This document shows, piece by piece, positions 13,895-16,047 of a stretch of DNA of 16,047 nt. Position 1 is the stretch's first letter. Each line of letters starts with the position of its first letter. The notes under the pieces are model-generated. The model was given only the letters and a program-made list of their open reading frames with translations. It did no database searches and was not told where the DNA came from. The position numbers were made by a program, and so were the translations under genes. The DNA is from a virus. The DNA is taken from the IMG/VR virus record IMGVR_UViG_3300033171_000037. The stretch is one strand, 5' to 3'.

Positions 13895-14796
13895 GACAGC
13901 TCACTATCGAAGAGATCAGGACCCTAACCGACTTCCAGAAGCGGTTAAAGCTCGGCATAGTCACGAACCCCACAGCGAAGGGGCGGGCGCTCCTCATGTC
14001 CATCTCCCTGGATGTGGAGGACGTGGCCTCTATGCCGCTCCGAGACCTGGCTTACTACATGGCCGCCTATAACGAAGGAATCCCGGTGGAGGTCGTGTCT
14101 CGTCTCGTCCGGGAAAAGGACCCCCTGGTTGAGAAATTCGAGCGGCGGCTGTGGTCGGATATGGCTGATCCCAGCTCGAAATATTATCTCGGCCTCCCCT
14201 ACAAAAACCAGGCAGAGGCCACCATCCACAAGCTCGAAGGACTGGACCTCTACGCATCCTTCCCATCAAAACGAGAACTCGATCCCCTGGTTGACGAGTA
14301 CCTCTCGAAGCGCGGCGGGGCCTTCATCAAGTCTGTGGGGGCTTCTGGCCGAAATGAAGTACGTCGAATCCTGATCGAGTCATATCGAGAGACCGGAACA
14401 TGGGAAGCTTTTGATAAGAAGTTCAGAGAAGAGTTCAGCTATTTACAGCGCTGGAAACGATACCAGATTTACCGAACAGAGCACGCCCTCGCCTCCAATT
14501 CAGCTTATTTCAACATCGCAGATCAGATAGAAGCGATAGATGGGTTCAATATCATTTTAGGGCCTCGCCCCTGTCCGTGGTGTCAGTTCATGGCCTCGTT
14601 TACGCACACCAGGGGAGAGGATAGGCCCCCTTATCATCCGTCGTGTCAGTGCCTTCCCTCGCCCGTTTTCAAGGGGGTGGGTGGTCGTCTAGGCCGCAAG
14701 GTCGATTCTGATGCACTGAGTTTCATGAAGGAAAATGAATACTTGAGGCTGAAACAAAATTACGCAACCTTCCAAACCGCTACAGCTATTTCATAA
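13891..14796 (+). CDS. Minor head protein, Mu F / SPP1 gp7 family
   Basis: 301 aa. An ATGA overlap couples it to the portal gene. It carries the signature RPCPWCQFMA...DRPPYHPSCQCLPSP (P-x-H-P-x-C-x-C). Confidence 0.85.
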   Translation: MRQLTIEEIRTLTDFQKRLKLGIVTNPTAKGRALLMSISLDVEDVASMPLRDLAYYMAAYNEGIPVEVVSRLVREKDPLVEKFERRLWSDMADPSSKYYLGLPYKNQAEATIHKLEGLDLYASFPSKRELDPLVDEYLSKRGGAFIKSVGASGRNEVRRILIESYRETGTWEAFDKKFREEFSYLQRWKRYQIYRTEHALASNSAYFNIADQIEAIDGFNIILGPRPCPWCQFMASFTHTRGEDRPPYHPSCQCLPSPVFKGVGGRLGRKVDSDALSFMKENEYLRLKQNYATFQTATAIS

Positions 14797-14814
14797 GCTA
14801 TTCTACAAAAAGGA

Positions 14815-14828
14815 CAAAGCTTTAAATA
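14815..14828 (+). promoter_or_regulatory. BRE/TATA-like promoter of the scaffold-capsid-connector operon
   Basis: CAAAGC (14815-14820) is followed by TTTAAATA (14821-14828). This is the same CAAAGC plus TTTAWATA arrangement seen upstream of terS. Confidence 0.45.
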
Positions 14829-14887
14829 CTATCCCGATAAGAATATACAATTAGGCAAACGAGGCCGTAAACTCGGAGATCGTGAAT

Positions 14888-15316
14888 ATGTCCGGCGATG
14901 ATGGTGAAAAGAAATTTACTCAGGCTGATGTGGATCGGATAGTCCAGGACCGGCTCGCCCGTGAGAAGACGAAATACGAAGAGCTGGAGGCCGAACGGGA
15001 CGCCTTGAAAGACAAGGTGGCCGAGTACGAAAAGACCTCCCTGGACTCTCTGAAGACGAAGATCGCCACCGACCTGAAACTCCCTCCGGCCCTGGCCAGC
15101 AGACTGGCGGGGACGACCGAGGCGGAGCTGAAGGCAGACGGCGAGAAGCTGCTGAAAGAGATCGGACCCAAAGAGCCTGTGGGCGGCGGTGGCAATCCAG
15201 CGGGCGAGGTAAAGAAACCTCTCACTCGCGAAGCTGTGAAGGCCATGAAGCCAGACGAGATCATCGCAAACATGGACCAGATCAAGAGCCAGATGAAAGA
15301 AGGCTCATTGAGGTAA
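14888..15316 (+). CDS. Scaffolding protein (complete copy)
   Basis: I prefer ATG 14888 (GGAG 9 nt upstream) to the track's GTG 14882. The protein is 142 aa, charged and helical, and lies upstream of the capsid gene. Confidence 0.65.
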   Translation: MSGDDGEKKFTQADVDRIVQDRLAREKTKYEELEAERDALKDKVAEYEKTSLDSLKTKIATDLKLPPALASRLAGTTEAELKADGEKLLKEIGPKEPVGGGGNPAGEVKKPLTREAVKAMKPDEIIANMDQIKSQMKEGSLR

Positions 15317-16047
15317 AATCGCATGGCATTAACGAATTTCATAGGGGAGGTTTGGGCCGCCCAAATCCTCCAGAGTCTCCAGAAGTCTATGGTCTACGGT
15401 CAGGCCGGAGTAGCAAACAGAGACTACGAAGGTACCATCCGGGGCAAAGGCGACACGGTGAGGATCACCGCCCACGGTCCGATAACGATCGATAACTACG
15501 ACAAGACCACGGGGATAGGCGACCCTGAAGACCTCGACGACGCTTCAACCACGCTGGAAATAACTCAGGCGAAGTACTTCAACTTCAGAATCGACGACAT
15601 AGACAAGGCGCAGATGAACGTTAAGCTGATGGAGAGCGCCACAAGAGACGCGGCCTACCAGCTTGCAGACGTGGCCGATCAGTACATAGTCGCCCAGATG
15701 GTAGCGGGTGCCGGGAACGCTGTGGGGGCGGATGGATCTGACAAGATCTTTGACGGAACCACCGACCTTGTAACCGAGGAGCTTCTGTCAGTCAAACAGC
15801 TTCTCGATGAAGACAACGTACCCTCTGAAGGCCGGTTTGTGGTGTTTCCGCCTTGGGTTATCAAGTGGCTTCTCCAGGAAGACGCAATCGTTAACCCCAC
15901 GTGGTCCGGTGTGGAGAAGGCCATGTTGAACGGCGAGATCGCGAAGCTTTTCGGCTTCAGTATCCTTCAGTCCAACAACGTACCGAACACGGCGGGCGAC
16001 CACTACAAGGTCGTTGCTGGAGTGGCGAGGGCGACGACTTTCGCCGA
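14920..16047. repeat. Terminal redundancy, copy 2 (identical to 1-1128)
   Basis: Same evidence as copy 1. This is consistent with wrap-around of a circular 14,919-bp molecule. Confidence 0.95.
15323..16047 (+). CDS. Major capsid protein, 3'-truncated duplicate of 404-1128
   Basis: Identical to the first copy, and cut by the window end. Confidence 0.8.
   Translation, partial: MALTNFIGEVWAAQILQSLQKSMVYGQAGVANRDYEGTIRGKGDTVRITAHGPITIDNYDKTTGIGDPEDLDDASTTLEITQAKYFNFRIDDIDKAQMNVKLMESATRDAAYQLADVADQYIVAQMVAGAGNAVGADGSDKIFDGTTDLVTEELLSVKQLLDEDNVPSEGRFVVFPPWVIKWLLQEDAIVNPTWSGVEKAMLNGEIAKLFGFSILQSNNVPNTAGDHYKVVAGVARATTFA

Noticed and set aside
1-16047. tRNA, rRNA or other classical RNA genes.
   Set aside because: I found no cloverleaf-compatible segment or rRNA-like stretch by eye. 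This is not an exhaustive search, and a tRNA scan would settle it.

Overview
The window is a small, apparently complete circular replicon with a unit length of 14,919 bp. Bases 1-1128 are repeated exactly at 14920-16047, and both repeat ends fall inside genes, so this looks like wrap-around of a circle. I can support about 16 genes. Nine form a complete tailed-virus head and packaging module: TerS, TerL, portal, MuF/SPP1-gp7-like minor head protein, scaffold, HK97/P22-coat-like major capsid protein, a small capsid-associated protein, a gp6-like head-tail adaptor and a head-closure-like protein. One is a large AEP prim-pol/helicase-like replication protein. Three are small regulators: a coiled-coil HTH protein, a coiled-coil protein and a zinc-ribbon protein. 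The remaining three sit in a low-GC cargo island: an RHH-linker-HTH protein and an M-then-R Type II-like restriction-modification pair. I see no tail, lysis or integrase genes, and there is no unassigned space large enough to hold them. The first gene of four transcription units lacks a Shine-Dalgarno (SD) sequence and has a TTTAWATA-type box about 27 nt upstream of the ATG, whereas internal genes have strong SD sites or 4-nt overlaps. Together with frequent AGA/AGG/ATA codons, this pattern suggests an archaeal host. The main leads are: the head-only, integrase-less architecture (a capsid-forming satellite or plasmid-virus hybrid); a dense GTTAAAC heptad array in and upstream of the RHH gene; a structured iteron and palindrome block inside the 3' end of the primase gene; a conserved operator (TTATGTRAC-N24-GTYACATAA) at two sites; and twin 16-bp palindromes flanking an AT-rich tract. 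All functional calls rest on motifs read by eye, not on database searches.
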